From positions 42,552 to 106,551 of the forward strand of contig DATLPO010000117.1 of the NCBI GenBank assembly GCA_035535675.1: DNA of 64,000 bases, given 5' to 3'. The first letter of the stretch is position 1, and every line of letters begins with the position of its first letter. The notes beneath the pieces are model-generated. The model was not told where the DNA came from, searched no databases, and was given only the letters and a program-made list of their open reading frames with translations. Below, piece after piece: positions 45,370-54,365 of this stretch. The stretch is from Candidatus Limnocylindria bacterium (lineage in GTDB: Bacteria > Chloroflexota > Dormibacteria > Dormibacterales > Dormibacteraceae). The position numbers and the translations under genes were made by a program.

Positions 45370-46383
45370 TTGCGTGGCAACGGCATCACCTACGACACCG
45401 GCTTCTTCAATGCGGGCGTGAGCACCCACGAACCCTTTGAGCCCGACCTCGTCAAACGGGAAATGCACATCATTCACGACGATCTGCACTGCAACGCCGT
45501 TCGAGTTACTGGTGGCAATGCAGACCGGCTCGAGATTGCGGCGACGCACGCTGCCGGTGCCGGCCTCGAGGTCTGGTTTTGCCCTTTTACGTGCGATCTG
45601 ACCACAGACGACATGTTGATGGTGATCGATGACTGCGCCCAACGCGCCCAGCGACTCGGTGGCCACGGTGCCGAGATCGTCCTGTTGATGGGCTCCGAAC
45701 TGGGTCTCGTCAACAAGGGCTTCCTGCCGGGCGACACTCTGAGCGAAAGGCTCGGCCTGCTTACATCGCCCGACCGGCTGCGGGAACACCTGGGGAAGGT
45801 GCCAGGTCTCATCAATGACTTCCTCGGCAGGGCGGTGACGACCGCCAGGGCGCATTTCGGCGGGAAGATCAGCTATGCCTCACTCCCATTTGAGCGCGTC
45901 GATTGGGCGCCATTCGACTACATCTCAACCGACGCCGCCTATCGGTCGATCGAGCTTGCTGATCGCTACCGGAGCGATATCCGCAATTTTGTCGGACAAG
46001 GAAAGCCGGCCGCGATCACAGAGTTCGGCTGTTGTACGTACCGTGGTGCGGCCGATCGGGGGGGCCACGGGGACAGCATCGTCGAATGGGAAGGGACAGC
46101 GCCTGTCCGACTGAAAGGCGAGTACGTCCGCGACGAAGATGAGCAGGCGAGGTACCTGACCGAGCTGCTGGACGTCTTCAACCGCGAAGGCGTCGATACG
46201 GCTTTTGTGAACACCTTCGCGTGCTACCACTTCCCGCACAGGACGGACCCTCTTAAGGACCTCGATCTGGCCAGCTATGGCGTGGTCAAGGCGCTCGAGG
46301 ATCGGTTCGGAAGCGCGTACCCGGACATGCATTGGGAACCTAAGGTCGCGTTCGCCGCCCTAGCGGACTATTACGGACGCTGA
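45370..46383 (+). CDS. Hypothetical TIM-barrel, clan GH-A-like glycoside-hydrolase-fold protein
   Basis: Alternating beta/alpha pattern, with CNAVRV, LLMGSELG (possible acid/base Glu) and AAITEFGC (possible nucleophile Glu). The ORF-track frame begins inside the tRNA, so I chose TTG 45370. The family assignment is tentative. Confidence 0.4.
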   Translation: MRGNGITYDTGFFNAGVSTHEPFEPDLVKREMHIIHDDLHCNAVRVTGGNADRLEIAATHAAGAGLEVWFCPFTCDLTTDDMLMVIDDCAQRAQRLGGHGAEIVLLMGSELGLVNKGFLPGDTLSERLGLLTSPDRLREHLGKVPGLINDFLGRAVTTARAHFGGKISYASLPFERVDWAPFDYISTDAAYRSIELADRYRSDIRNFVGQGKPAAITEFGCCTYRGAADRGGHGDSIVEWEGTAPVRLKGEYVRDEDEQARYLTELLDVFNREGVDTAFVNTFACYHFPHRTDPLKDLDLASYGVVKALEDRFGSAYPDMHWEPKVAFAALADYYGR

Positions 46384-46400
46384 CCGAAATTCTCTGACGT

Positions 46401-47129
46401 CTAAGCAGGAGGCCGAGTACCTACGATCCGGTCGCGCCCTGGCATGAAATCCGGCATGACTCTGGCGCTGAGACCAGCGCCTTCGATAGCCGAGACATAA
46501 GACTCGGTTGAGGTCAGCGCAAGCCGGTGGTTCTCGACGAAGTGCTCGATGCCTGACTCAGTACGAACAAGGTGGTGCATGTCGAGCTCAGTAACGTTGC
46601 CAATCCTGCGGCTGAAAGCCAGGCGGACGATCACCATCTCATCGTCACGAGCGATGTCGGGGCCACCCCGATATTCGTCGCTCCATTCGTCGGGCCGAAT
46701 CCATCCGTCAAGGATCAAGACCCCGCCCTGACCGACATGTGCTGCGAGGCGTTCGATTGTCGTCGCGAGCTCGGAGGGAATCGTTATGTAGCCGATGCTG
46801 CTGAAGAGGCAGATAACAGCATCGAATTGGCGACCAAGGTCCAGCTGTTGCATGTCGGCAAGATGGAGAGGTACGTCCGGCAATCTCGTGGCTGCGACTT
46901 GAAGCATCGCAGGGCTGATATCACAACCCTCGACCGCATACCACCGGCGAAGTTCGGCCAGGTGGGCTCCCGTCCCGCAGGCAACGTCGAGTAATGTCCG
47001 TGCGGTCGGATTGGCGTCGGTAGTGATCTGATGGAGCTCCTCAGCCTCTGTTGGGTAGTCCTTGATTCCGGTCCCGGTGTAGAGCAAGTCATAGACCTGT
47101 GCGCTTCTGTCGTACACGTGTCCGAGCAT
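46401..47129 (-). CDS. Class-I SAM-dependent methyltransferase
   Basis: Motif I is LLDVACGTGAH, followed by FDAVICLFSSIGY. Confidence 0.8.
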   Translation of the reverse strand: MLGHVYDRSAQVYDLLYTGTGIKDYPTEAEELHQITTDANPTARTLLDVACGTGAHLAELRRWYAVEGCDISPAMLQVAATRLPDVPLHLADMQQLDLGRQFDAVICLFSSIGYITIPSELATTIERLAAHVGQGGVLILDGWIRPDEWSDEYRGGPDIARDDEMVIVRLAFSRRIGNVTELDMHHLVRTESGIEHFVENHRLALTSTESYVSAIEGAGLSARVMPDFMPGRDRIVGTRPPA

Positions 47130-47173
47130 AGTGGGGATTTAGACTTGAGGCTGCCGCCCGGGTCGACCGGCGC

Positions 47174-47830
47174 TTAGCGGGTCGGAAGCCTCGTCGCCGA
47201 AGGCGTCGCGATGCGCTCCAGCCGGTCCCTAATTGCACGCCGCGCCCGCTCGATGCCGACTGTTCCGCCGTCCTGGACGAAGCTGGAGTTGGCGCCGACG
47301 AGAAGGGAGCCCAGCTCCCACGCAACCTGATCGGCGTCGACATCTGCCTGAATGTCGCCGGCGGGCTTCGCTTCGCGGATGGCTCGGGCGAGGCTGGCGA
47401 CCCAGTAGCCTCGCTTTTCGACCACGGCATCCCTGATGCGTCCGGGCTTGCTGTCGAACTCAGAGAGTGCAGCCTCGAAGAAACAACCGCCCGGAAACAC
47501 GCCCCGGCTCAGATACGAAAGGAATGAGTTGCACATCGCCCACACTCGGCCGATTCCAGCGGGTGTTTTGAGGCCCGGCTTGAGAACTTCCTCTGTGAAG
47601 ACCCTGCCTGCCTCTTCAACTGTTGCGAGCTGCAGCTCCTCTTTGGACCCGAAGTGCGCGAACAACCCGCTCTTGCTGATTCCGAGGTCGCTTGCAAGGC
47701 GCTGAAGGGAGACTGCCTCAAGGCCCTCGGCTGAGGCCAAACGGGAGGCGTGGCTGAGAATCGCCTGCCGGGTTCGCTCACCGCGCAACAGCCGGCGGTC
47801 GGTGGTGAGAGCGGTGGACGCCTTCGCCAT
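47174..47830 (-). CDS. TetR-family transcriptional regulator
   Basis: The TetR HTH is RTRQAILSHASRLASAEGLEAVSLQRLASDLGISKSGLFAHFGSKEELQ. Confidence 0.85.
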   Translation of the reverse strand: MAKASTALTTDRRLLRGERTRQAILSHASRLASAEGLEAVSLQRLASDLGISKSGLFAHFGSKEELQLATVEEAGRVFTEEVLKPGLKTPAGIGRVWAMCNSFLSYLSRGVFPGGCFFEAALSEFDSKPGRIRDAVVEKRGYWVASLARAIREAKPAGDIQADVDADQVAWELGSLLVGANSSFVQDGGTVGIERARRAIRDRLERIATPSATRLPTR

Positions 47831-47840
47831 AGCCAGATCT

Positions 47841-47887
47841 TAGCACGACCGGTCGGTCTTACTTGACATATACGACCGATCGTGCTA
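47841..47887. promoter_or_regulatory. Inverted repeat TAGCACGACCGGTC-N19-GACCGATCGTGCTA (13/14 match) enclosing a TTGACA -35-like hexamer; candidate TetR operator/promoter
   Basis: I read it directly from the 58-bp divergent region between the TetR and GNAT genes. TTGACA is at 47863-47868. Confidence 0.5.
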
Positions 47888-47930
47888 TTTGTTAGGAGTT
47901 CTCAACGAGGCTCGGTTGGAGGTGGAGCGG

Positions 47931-48440
47931 ATGATCGCGATGCAGGCGGCAGCGGCAGGGCACGTCAGCCTGGCGCAACTCGAGAGGTCGGACGGCGAGG
48001 CGTTGCGCAGGCTCTTCTTCAGGCTATCGCCGGAGACCGTCTACCGCCGTTTCCACAGCCCGATAGTTCGACCCGAACAGGCGCGCCCGGAGCGGCTGCT
48101 CGACATCGACCACCACGATCGGGAGGCTGTGGTCGCCGTCGTCGACGGAGAGATCGTCGGGGTCGCCCGCTACGCACGATGGCGCGACACAGATAAGGCC
48201 GACCTCGCGGTGGTCGTTGCCGACGACTGGCAGCGCCAGGGAGTCGCCACCAGAATGCTCAGCTGCCTGGCGGACCTTGCCCTGGCGGCGGGAATCGTGA
48301 CTTTCACAGCGACCGTCCAGGGCGACAACCAGCGGGCGCTCGGATTGCTTCGCCGCTTCCGCCCGTTTCAGCAGGCGACCTGTTCACAGGGCGAGTGCGA
48401 ATTGGTCCTCCCGGTCAGGCCTGCGGGCGGTTCCCGATGA
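47931..48440 (+). CDS. Pat-type GNAT acetyltransferase (stand-alone protein-lysine-acetyltransferase-like domain)
   Basis: LRRLFFRLSPETVYRRFHS...IDHHDREAVVAVV.GEIVGVARY...QRQGVATRML matches the GNAT domain of Pat-type protein acetyltransferases. I chose ATG 47931 because it is preceded by GGAGGTGGAG. Confidence 0.6.
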   Translation: MIAMQAAAAGHVSLAQLERSDGEALRRLFFRLSPETVYRRFHSPIVRPEQARPERLLDIDHHDREAVVAVVDGEIVGVARYARWRDTDKADLAVVVADDWQRQGVATRMLSCLADLALAAGIVTFTATVQGDNQRALGLLRRFRPFQQATCSQGECELVLPVRPAGGSR

Positions 48441-48814
48441 GGGCCTGGTTCGTCCCCCAAGGCACGCGGATCGATGCCCTTCGGGCCGCGCCCGAGCTTG
48501 CTTTGTATTCGGACCGCGATCTCAAGAGACTTCTGCCTTACTTCGACGAGATCACGGTGCCGGCTGGAAGTGTGGTCGCGCAGGAAGGCGAGCGTTGCTC
48601 GGAGTTCGTGGTCGTCCAGAATGGCCGTTTGCACACCGAGGGGAGTTCAACTCACACGCGCACGCTGCGGGCCGGCGACAGCCTGGGGTGGGACGCAATG
48701 TGGGAGCGATTACCGAACGATGCAACGGCAGTCGTTGACACCGAGGCTCACCTGCTCGTCATGAGCCACGCGCAGTTCCGCGCCATAAAGGCAATAGCCG
48801 ATCCGCCTGAATAG
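48437..48814 (+). CDS. Stand-alone cyclic-nucleotide-binding-domain protein (divergent phosphate-binding cassette)
   Basis: The CAP_ED pattern is LLPYFDEITVPAGSVVAQEGERCSEFVVVQNGRL...LRAGDSLGWDAMW..PNDATAVV. It has an ATGA overlap with the GNAT stop. PNDAT sits where PR[AS]AT is expected. Confidence 0.6.
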   Translation: MRAWFVPQGTRIDALRAAPELALYSDRDLKRLLPYFDEITVPAGSVVAQEGERCSEFVVVQNGRLHTEGSSTHTRTLRAGDSLGWDAMWERLPNDATAVVDTEAHLLVMSHAQFRAIKAIADPPE

Positions 48815-48833
48815 TCGCGGTTAGAATTCGGCG

Positions 48834-50135
48834 ATGCCGAAAGTGACGCTGGTGGGCGCCGGCAGCGCGGTTTTCGCCCGTCAGATCATCACTGACATCC
48901 TCGCCGTCGACGGCCTCGATCGGGGCGTTTTCGCCCTCGTCGACATCGATCCCGTTCGGCTTGACCTTGCGCGCCGAATCGCTGAGCGGCTGGTTGAGGT
49001 CTCGGGAAAGGAGTGGACCGTCGAAGCTTCCACCGAGCGTATGGATGTGCTCAAGGGCACCGACTACGTGGTCAACTCAATTGAGGTCGCAGGCCTGCAG
49101 AACGTGCGCCACGACTACGACATCCCCAAGAAATATGGCGTGGACCAATGCATCGGGGACACGATCGGACCGGGCGGCATCTTCAAAGCGCTGCGCACCG
49201 GTCCCGCCTGGCTTGAGATCGTCGCCGACGTCGAGCGCACGGCGCCCAACGCAGTGGTCCTCAACTACACGAACCCCATGTCGATTCTCACGCTGGCGGC
49301 GAGCCGTTCATCCGGCCTGGCGGTGGTCGGGCTGTGTCACAGCGTGCAGGGCACATCCAGGCTGCTCGCCGAGTTCCTCGACGTCCCATATGACGAGCTG
49401 GACTGGCGGTGCGCCGGCATCAACCACAACGCTTGGTTCACCAGGCTCGAACGCCATGGCAAGGATCTCTATCCACAGCTGCGCGAACGCGCCACGCACT
49501 CGGAGATTTACGAGCGAGACCCCGTCCGCTTCGACGTGATGCTTCACCTCGGCGCGTTCGTGACGGAGTCCAGCGGGCACTTCTCCGAGTACGTGCCGTA
49601 CTACCGCAAGCGGCCTGGGCTCTTGGACAAGTACTCGCGGCAGGGATATCTCGGTGAGAGCGGCTTCTACGCCAACAACTGGCCGGACTGGAGGAAGGCC
49701 AACGACGAGCGAATCCACTCGATGTTGAGAGGCGAGACCGAAATTCCCCTCGCCAGAAGTCATGAGTACGCCAGCTACATCATCGAGGCGATGGAGCATG
49801 GGCGCACGACCAGCATCCACGGTAACGTGACCAATGCGGGCTCGATCGAGAACCTGCCTGACGGATGCGTCGAGGTCGAGTGCACGGTGGGACCCGATGG
49901 AATCCGGCCGGTCTCGTTTGGTAGCCTGCCCGAACAGCTTGCAGCGCTCAATCGCTCTCACATGGCCGTGCACGAGCTGGTTGTGCAGGCCCTCCTCGAG
50001 CGCGACCGAACCAAGGCCATGTACGCGCTGATGCTCGACCCCCTCACCGCCGCAGTCTGCTCACTCGAGGAGATCGAGAACATGTTTGATGAGATGTGGG
50101 AGGCGGAGCGAGCGAGCCTGAGCGCTTTCGAGTAA
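48834..50135 (+). CDS. Family-4 glycoside hydrolase (NAD/Mn-dependent alpha-galactosidase/alpha-glucosidase)
   Basis: The N-terminal Rossmann segment KVTLVGAGSAVFARQIITDIL, then NYTNPM and GLCHSVQGT, are typical of GH4. Confidence 0.8.
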   Translation: MPKVTLVGAGSAVFARQIITDILAVDGLDRGVFALVDIDPVRLDLARRIAERLVEVSGKEWTVEASTERMDVLKGTDYVVNSIEVAGLQNVRHDYDIPKKYGVDQCIGDTIGPGGIFKALRTGPAWLEIVADVERTAPNAVVLNYTNPMSILTLAASRSSGLAVVGLCHSVQGTSRLLAEFLDVPYDELDWRCAGINHNAWFTRLERHGKDLYPQLRERATHSEIYERDPVRFDVMLHLGAFVTESSGHFSEYVPYYRKRPGLLDKYSRQGYLGESGFYANNWPDWRKANDERIHSMLRGETEIPLARSHEYASYIIEAMEHGRTTSIHGNVTNAGSIENLPDGCVEVECTVGPDGIRPVSFGSLPEQLAALNRSHMAVHELVVQALLERDRTKAMYALMLDPLTAAVCSLEEIENMFDEMWEAERASLSAFE

Positions 50136-50897
50136 TTAGGCTACCGCTCTACCGAACGCGCGAGCGCCGATGAAAATGGCGAAGATCGAGAGGATCGCCA
50201 TGATGGCGACGCCCTTGACGACGCTCGGGTCGCCCAGGTGGTCGTTGAACACTGCGCGCGCGGCGTCCACTGCGTAGGACAGTGGATTCGCGGCTGCAAT
50301 GTTTCGAAGCCACTGCGGGGCGAGGCCCAGCGGGAGCAGCACTCCCGAGAGCAAGAGGATCGGAAGGCTGGACGTGAAGATGAGAGGCGCGTAGCTGTCC
50401 TCACTGCGCACCCACAACGCCACCGCGTATGCAATTGATGCAGTCAGCAAACCGATCAGACCAATCAGCGCCAGGACCACTACCACTCCGATCGGGTGGA
50501 TGCTCAGCCCGAAGGGCAGGGCGAGCAGGATCAGGATCAGGGACTGAATGACGATCGAGACGATGTCGCGGAGCGCTCGCCCGAGCAGCAGCGCAACCCG
50601 GCTCACCGGTGTCACCCTCAGGCGCTCGATCACCCCCATGCGCAGCTCGGCGATGAGGCTGAACCCGACACCCGCCGCTCCGAACATGCCCAACTGGACC
50701 AGGAGGCCGGGAACGAAAACGTTGTAGGCGCCCCCTGAAGGAAAGCCAGGCGTTTTCGCAATCGAGCCGAGCAGCGGCGCGAACAGGATCAGGTAAAGGA
50801 GGGGCTGAACCACTCCGATCACAACCCATACGGGGTTGTGGACGAACAGGCCCCAGTAGCGGCCGAACACCAGCCACGTGTCACGCAGGACTTTCAT
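50136..50897 (-). CDS. ABC-2-type exporter permease
   Basis: Six TM helices. It lies downstream of a DrrA-like ATPase. I chose ATG 50897. Confidence 0.75.
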   Translation of the reverse strand: MKVLRDTWLVFGRYWGLFVHNPVWVVIGVVQPLLYLILFAPLLGSIAKTPGFPSGGAYNVFVPGLLVQLGMFGAAGVGFSLIAELRMGVIERLRVTPVSRVALLLGRALRDIVSIVIQSLILILLALPFGLSIHPIGVVVVLALIGLIGLLTASIAYAVALWVRSEDSYAPLIFTSSLPILLLSGVLLPLGLAPQWLRNIAAANPLSYAVDAARAVFNDHLGDPSVVKGVAIMAILSIFAIFIGARAFGRAVA

Positions 50898-50913
50898 CGG
50901 CTCTCGACCACCT

Positions 50914-51861
50914 TCACGCCGCTGTCTCGCGAAGGGAGCGGCCGGTCTTGCGCAGGAAGACGTCGTCAAGGCTTGGACGGTGAAGCCCGATCGTCACCAG
51001 ATGAAGCCCTGCTGAGTCGAGCAGGCGCAGGATCGTTGGCATCGCGGCCTCGCCGTGGTCTACATAAAGCCTGACGAGGCCGTCTTCAGTCGACGCCTCG
51101 CGCACGAACGGCTGGTCCTTGACAAGCTCCAGGGCGCGATGCTGGTCGCCGGTGACGCTGAATGTCACCAGGTCTCCTGCCACCTCGCGCTTGAGCTCGT
51201 CCGGTGTCCCCTCGGCGACGATCTTGCCGTGGTCGATGATGGCGATGCGGTCGCAGAGAGCGTCGGCCTCGTCGAGGTAGTGGGTGGTGAGAAATACTGT
51301 TGTGCCGCGGTCGTGCATGCGGCGAACCTCGTCCCACACTCGTGCTCGGCTCTGTGGGTCGAGACCGGTGGTCGGCTCGTCGAGGAAGAGGAGCTGCGGA
51401 TCGTGCACCAGCCCGAGCCCGATGTCGAGGCGGCGTTTCTGCCCGCCTGAATAGGTTCCCACCTTGCGATCGGCGCACGACTCGAGCTCCAGCATCTCGA
51501 TGAGCTCGGCCGCGCGCTTCTTCGCGGCGTTCAACGGCATTCCGTATAGCCGGCCCTGGAACACCAGCTCCGTGCGGCCGATGATCTCGCGGTCGGAGCC
51601 GCCCGCCTGGCCCACGTAGCCAATCCCCTCACGCACCTTGTCCTGCTGTTTGAGAAGGTCGTACCCGGCCACAGTGGCCGTGCCTCCGCTGGGCGGTAGG
51701 AGCGTCGCGAGCATGCGAAGTGTGGTCGTCTTTCCGGCGCCGTTGGGACCGAGAAAACCGAAGATCTCGCCAGTCCTCACAGCCATGTCGACTCCGACAA
51801 CCGCCTCGACCGTCCGGTTGCGCGATTTGAAGAGGCGCCGGAGCCCGCGAGTCTGGATCAC
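50914..51861 (-). CDS. ABC transporter ATP-binding protein (DrrA-like)
   Basis: GPNGAGKTT, the signature YSGGQKRRL and Walker B LLFLDEPTTGLD. I chose GTG 51861, preceded by GAGGTGGA. The ORF-track ATG 51909 would overlap the divergent gene's ATG. Confidence 0.8.
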   Translation of the reverse strand: MIQTRGLRRLFKSRNRTVEAVVGVDMAVRTGEIFGFLGPNGAGKTTTLRMLATLLPPSGGTATVAGYDLLKQQDKVREGIGYVGQAGGSDREIIGRTELVFQGRLYGMPLNAAKKRAAELIEMLELESCADRKVGTYSGGQKRRLDIGLGLVHDPQLLFLDEPTTGLDPQSRARVWDEVRRMHDRGTTVFLTTHYLDEADALCDRIAIIDHGKIVAEGTPDELKREVAGDLVTFSVTGDQHRALELVKDQPFVREASTEDGLVRLYVDHGEAAMPTILRLLDSAGLHLVTIGLHRPSLDDVFLRKTGRSLRETAA

Positions 51862-51907
51862 TTGGGGTTCCACCTCGATATTCTCGCCGGTTACCCTGTC
51901 GGGACAC

Positions 51908-52540
51908 ATGGCGTCAGCATTCCGCGGCTGGCCGGAGGAGTTCCAGCGCTTCTTCATCGGCCTAGAGCTCGACAACTCCAAGCGCTACTTCGAGGCCAAT
52001 CGCAAGGTCTACGAGGACGCCGTCAAGGCTCCGATGGTTGCGCTGATCGACTCGCTTGCCGACGAGTACGGTGAGGGCAAGGTCTTCCGAGCCAACCGCG
52101 ACATCCGGTTCTCGAAAGACAAGTCGCCGTACAAGACGAACATCGCCGGCACAGCAGGCATGGGAGGTCATGGCGGCTACATCTCGCTAGACGCGCGCGG
52201 CCTCACTGTCGCCGCCGGCCGCTACGAGATGACGCCGCCACAGGTCGTCAAATATCGAAAGAAGGTCGCGGCTGATGTCACCGGTGCGCCGCTCGCCGCC
52301 ATCGTCGCCAAGCTTGAGAAGGCAGGCTACGGAATCGGTGGCGAAGCCCTCAAGCGCGTACCCAGCGGCTGGCCTCAAGACCACCCGAGAGCTCGCCTCC
52401 TGCGGCACAAGATCCTCTATATCTACAAGAACTTCGGCTTGCAGCCATGGCTCGGCAGTAACGCCGCGCGTAAGCAAGTAGTCAAGGTCTTCAGCGATGC
52501 TGATCCCCTCAACGATTGGCTAAAACGAAACGTCGGCTGA
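51908..52540 (+). CDS. DUF2461 (TIGR02453) family protein
   Basis: FRGWPEEFQRFFIGLELDNSKRYFEANRKVYE...FRANRDIRFSKDKSPYKT is the family's characteristic N-terminal pattern. Confidence 0.7.
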   Translation: MASAFRGWPEEFQRFFIGLELDNSKRYFEANRKVYEDAVKAPMVALIDSLADEYGEGKVFRANRDIRFSKDKSPYKTNIAGTAGMGGHGGYISLDARGLTVAAGRYEMTPPQVVKYRKKVAADVTGAPLAAIVAKLEKAGYGIGGEALKRVPSGWPQDHPRARLLRHKILYIYKNFGLQPWLGSNAARKQVVKVFSDADPLNDWLKRNVG

Positions 52541-54147
52541 GGCCGGCCAAACACCGGAAGGCTGTCCCAGCCGTCGAAACGTGGTCGCGCCCCTGGTGGC
52601 GCGGCGCTGTCTTCTACCAAATCTACATTCGAAGCTTCGCTGACTCAAACGACGACGGCATCGGCGATCTTCAGGGAATCATCTCCCGGCTCGAGTATGT
52701 CAAGCGCCTTGGCGTCGACGCCATCTGGATCACCCCGTTCTATCCCTCGCCGCAGAAGGACCACGGCTATGACGTGGCCGACTATTACGACGTCAATCCT
52801 GAGTACGGAACGTTGAAGGATTTCGACGAGGTCGTCTCCAGGGCCCACGCGCTCCGTCTGAAAGTCCTGGTCGACCTCGTCCCCAACCACACGTCCGACC
52901 AGCACCCATGGTTCCAGGCGGCCCTCAAGTCTCCGGATGATCCGCACCGATCTCTGTACTACTTCGCCGACGGCAAGCCAGATGGCTCGCCTCCCAACAA
53001 TTGGGAGTCGGCGTTCGGCGTGCCTGCATGGACGAAGGATGACCGGAGCGGGCAGTGGTACATGCACCTCTTTGCGCCAGAGCAACCCGACCTGAACTGG
53101 TGGAATCCCAAGGTGCCGAAAGAGTTTGAAAAGATTCTGAAGTTCTGGCTTGATCACGGCGCCGACGGTTACCGAATTGATGTCGCGTCTGCGCTTTTCA
53201 AGCGAAAGGACCTCGCCGACAGACCCACGGTCAAAGACCCGGTCACCGGCCAGCCCAAGCTCGATGCCACTTTCAAGATGATCGATCAGCCCGAGGTGCA
53301 CGAGGTGTATCGAGCATGGCGCCGCATCCTCAACCAGTACCAACCTCCCCGAGTTCTCGTGGGCGAGATCTTCGAGCCTCGGCGACAGGCGCGCTACATC
53401 CTTCCTGACCAGCTCGACATGGCCTTCGCCATGGTCAGGGCGCGTTGGAATGCAGCGCTGTGGAAGCGGTCGATCGAGGTGGATCAACGAGCTTCACCCG
53501 GGCCCGTTGCGGCCCCAAGCTGGACCCAATCCAACCACGATGTGGTCCGCCACGTCACGCGGCTGGGCGGCGGCTTCATGGGTCGCGCTCGCGCTCGCGC
53601 CGCGCTGCTTCTCCTGCTCGGACTGCCTGGCCAGGCCTTCCTGTATCAAGGCGAGGAGTTGGGCCTCGAGGAGGTCGACGTTCCGCCTGACCAGCGGCAG
53701 GACCCGGTTTTCATTCTCAGCGGGGGCAAGGAGGCGGGGCGAGATGGCTGCCGCGTTCCAATGCCGTGGTCAAGGGGTCTTCCGAACGCAGGTTTCTCAA
53801 CAGTGGCTCCATGGCTGCCGACGCCTCCGGGCTGGGACCGTTATGCAGTCGACGCTCAGGACGGGTCGGCCGGCTCGATGCTCACCTTCTACCGGCGTGT
53901 GCTCGCCCTTCGACGTCAGCTGGTGGGGATTCTGCCGAACCAGGTCAGATGGTGCCCCGCACCTCAAGGTGTCCTGGTCTATGAGCACGGCCGCTTGACA
54001 GCGGCCGTCAACTTCCTTGGCCGTCCTGTGCAGCTTGCCTCGCGCGGCAGGCTCCTCATCGCCACCCATCCACTGGCGAGCCACAGCAAAGGCCGGCTGA
54101 TTCTCCCGGCGAACTCCGGCGCCTGGCTCGACAACCTGGCGCCGTGA
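52516..54147 (+). CDS. GH13 alpha-glucosidase (oligo-1,6-glucosidase / trehalose-6-P hydrolase-like)
   Basis: WWRGAVFYQIYIRSFADSNDDGIGDL, DLVPNHTS, GYRIDVA (nucleophile Asp), GEIF and SNHD. The TTG start is uncertain and overlaps the upstream gene by 25 nt. Confidence 0.85.
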   Translation: MAKTKRRLRPAKHRKAVPAVETWSRPWWRGAVFYQIYIRSFADSNDDGIGDLQGIISRLEYVKRLGVDAIWITPFYPSPQKDHGYDVADYYDVNPEYGTLKDFDEVVSRAHALRLKVLVDLVPNHTSDQHPWFQAALKSPDDPHRSLYYFADGKPDGSPPNNWESAFGVPAWTKDDRSGQWYMHLFAPEQPDLNWWNPKVPKEFEKILKFWLDHGADGYRIDVASALFKRKDLADRPTVKDPVTGQPKLDATFKMIDQPEVHEVYRAWRRILNQYQPPRVLVGEIFEPRRQARYILPDQLDMAFAMVRARWNAALWKRSIEVDQRASPGPVAAPSWTQSNHDVVRHVTRLGGGFMGRARARAALLLLLGLPGQAFLYQGEELGLEEVDVPPDQRQDPVFILSGGKEAGRDGCRVPMPWSRGLPNAGFSTVAPWLPTPPGWDRYAVDAQDGSAGSMLTFYRRVLALRRQLVGILPNQVRWCPAPQGVLVYEHGRLTAAVNFLGRPVQLASRGRLLIATHPLASHSKGRLILPANSGAWLDNLAP

Positions 54148-54365
54148 GAGGCGTTGCCTGACGAGCTCCGGTAGCCAGGCTATCGGCTCATGGTTGGCGC
54201 ATCGCCCAGCCGATCGGACAGCCCTCGGTTATCGCTAGCATCCGGGCGATTTTTCGATCGGCTGGTATAGCCGCATTGCCCCGCGGGCGGTGCGGCCTTA
54301 ACTGCCGCATAACCTACCTGCGGTCAGCAACCGGTAATCTTCCGTTCATGGTGGTGGGGGTCCAG

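Noticed and set aside
51861-51910. Divergent ABC ATPase and DUF2461 genes appear to share overlapping ATGs (CATG at 51907-51910).
   Set aside because: This is more likely an annotation artefact. An in-frame GTG at 51861 with a GAGGTGGA Shine-Dalgarno gives the canonical V-I-Q-T-R-G-L N-terminus for the ATPase and leaves a 46-bp spacer.
45347-54147. Integrative genomic island at tRNA-Pro.
   Set aside because: I found no integrase, recombinase or excisionase, no phage or conjugation genes, and no direct repeat of the tRNA 3' end. A partial resemblance at 47133-47145 (ggggatttaga) is in the wrong orientation and too short.
54182-54263. Three occurrences of ATCGGCT/AGCCGAT (54182-88, 54208-14, 54257-63) upstream of ppk.
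   Set aside because: These are 7-mers that contain the frequent GATC/CGGC cores of a GC-rich genome. They could be an operator, but three short matches are within chance expectation and I cannot test significance here.
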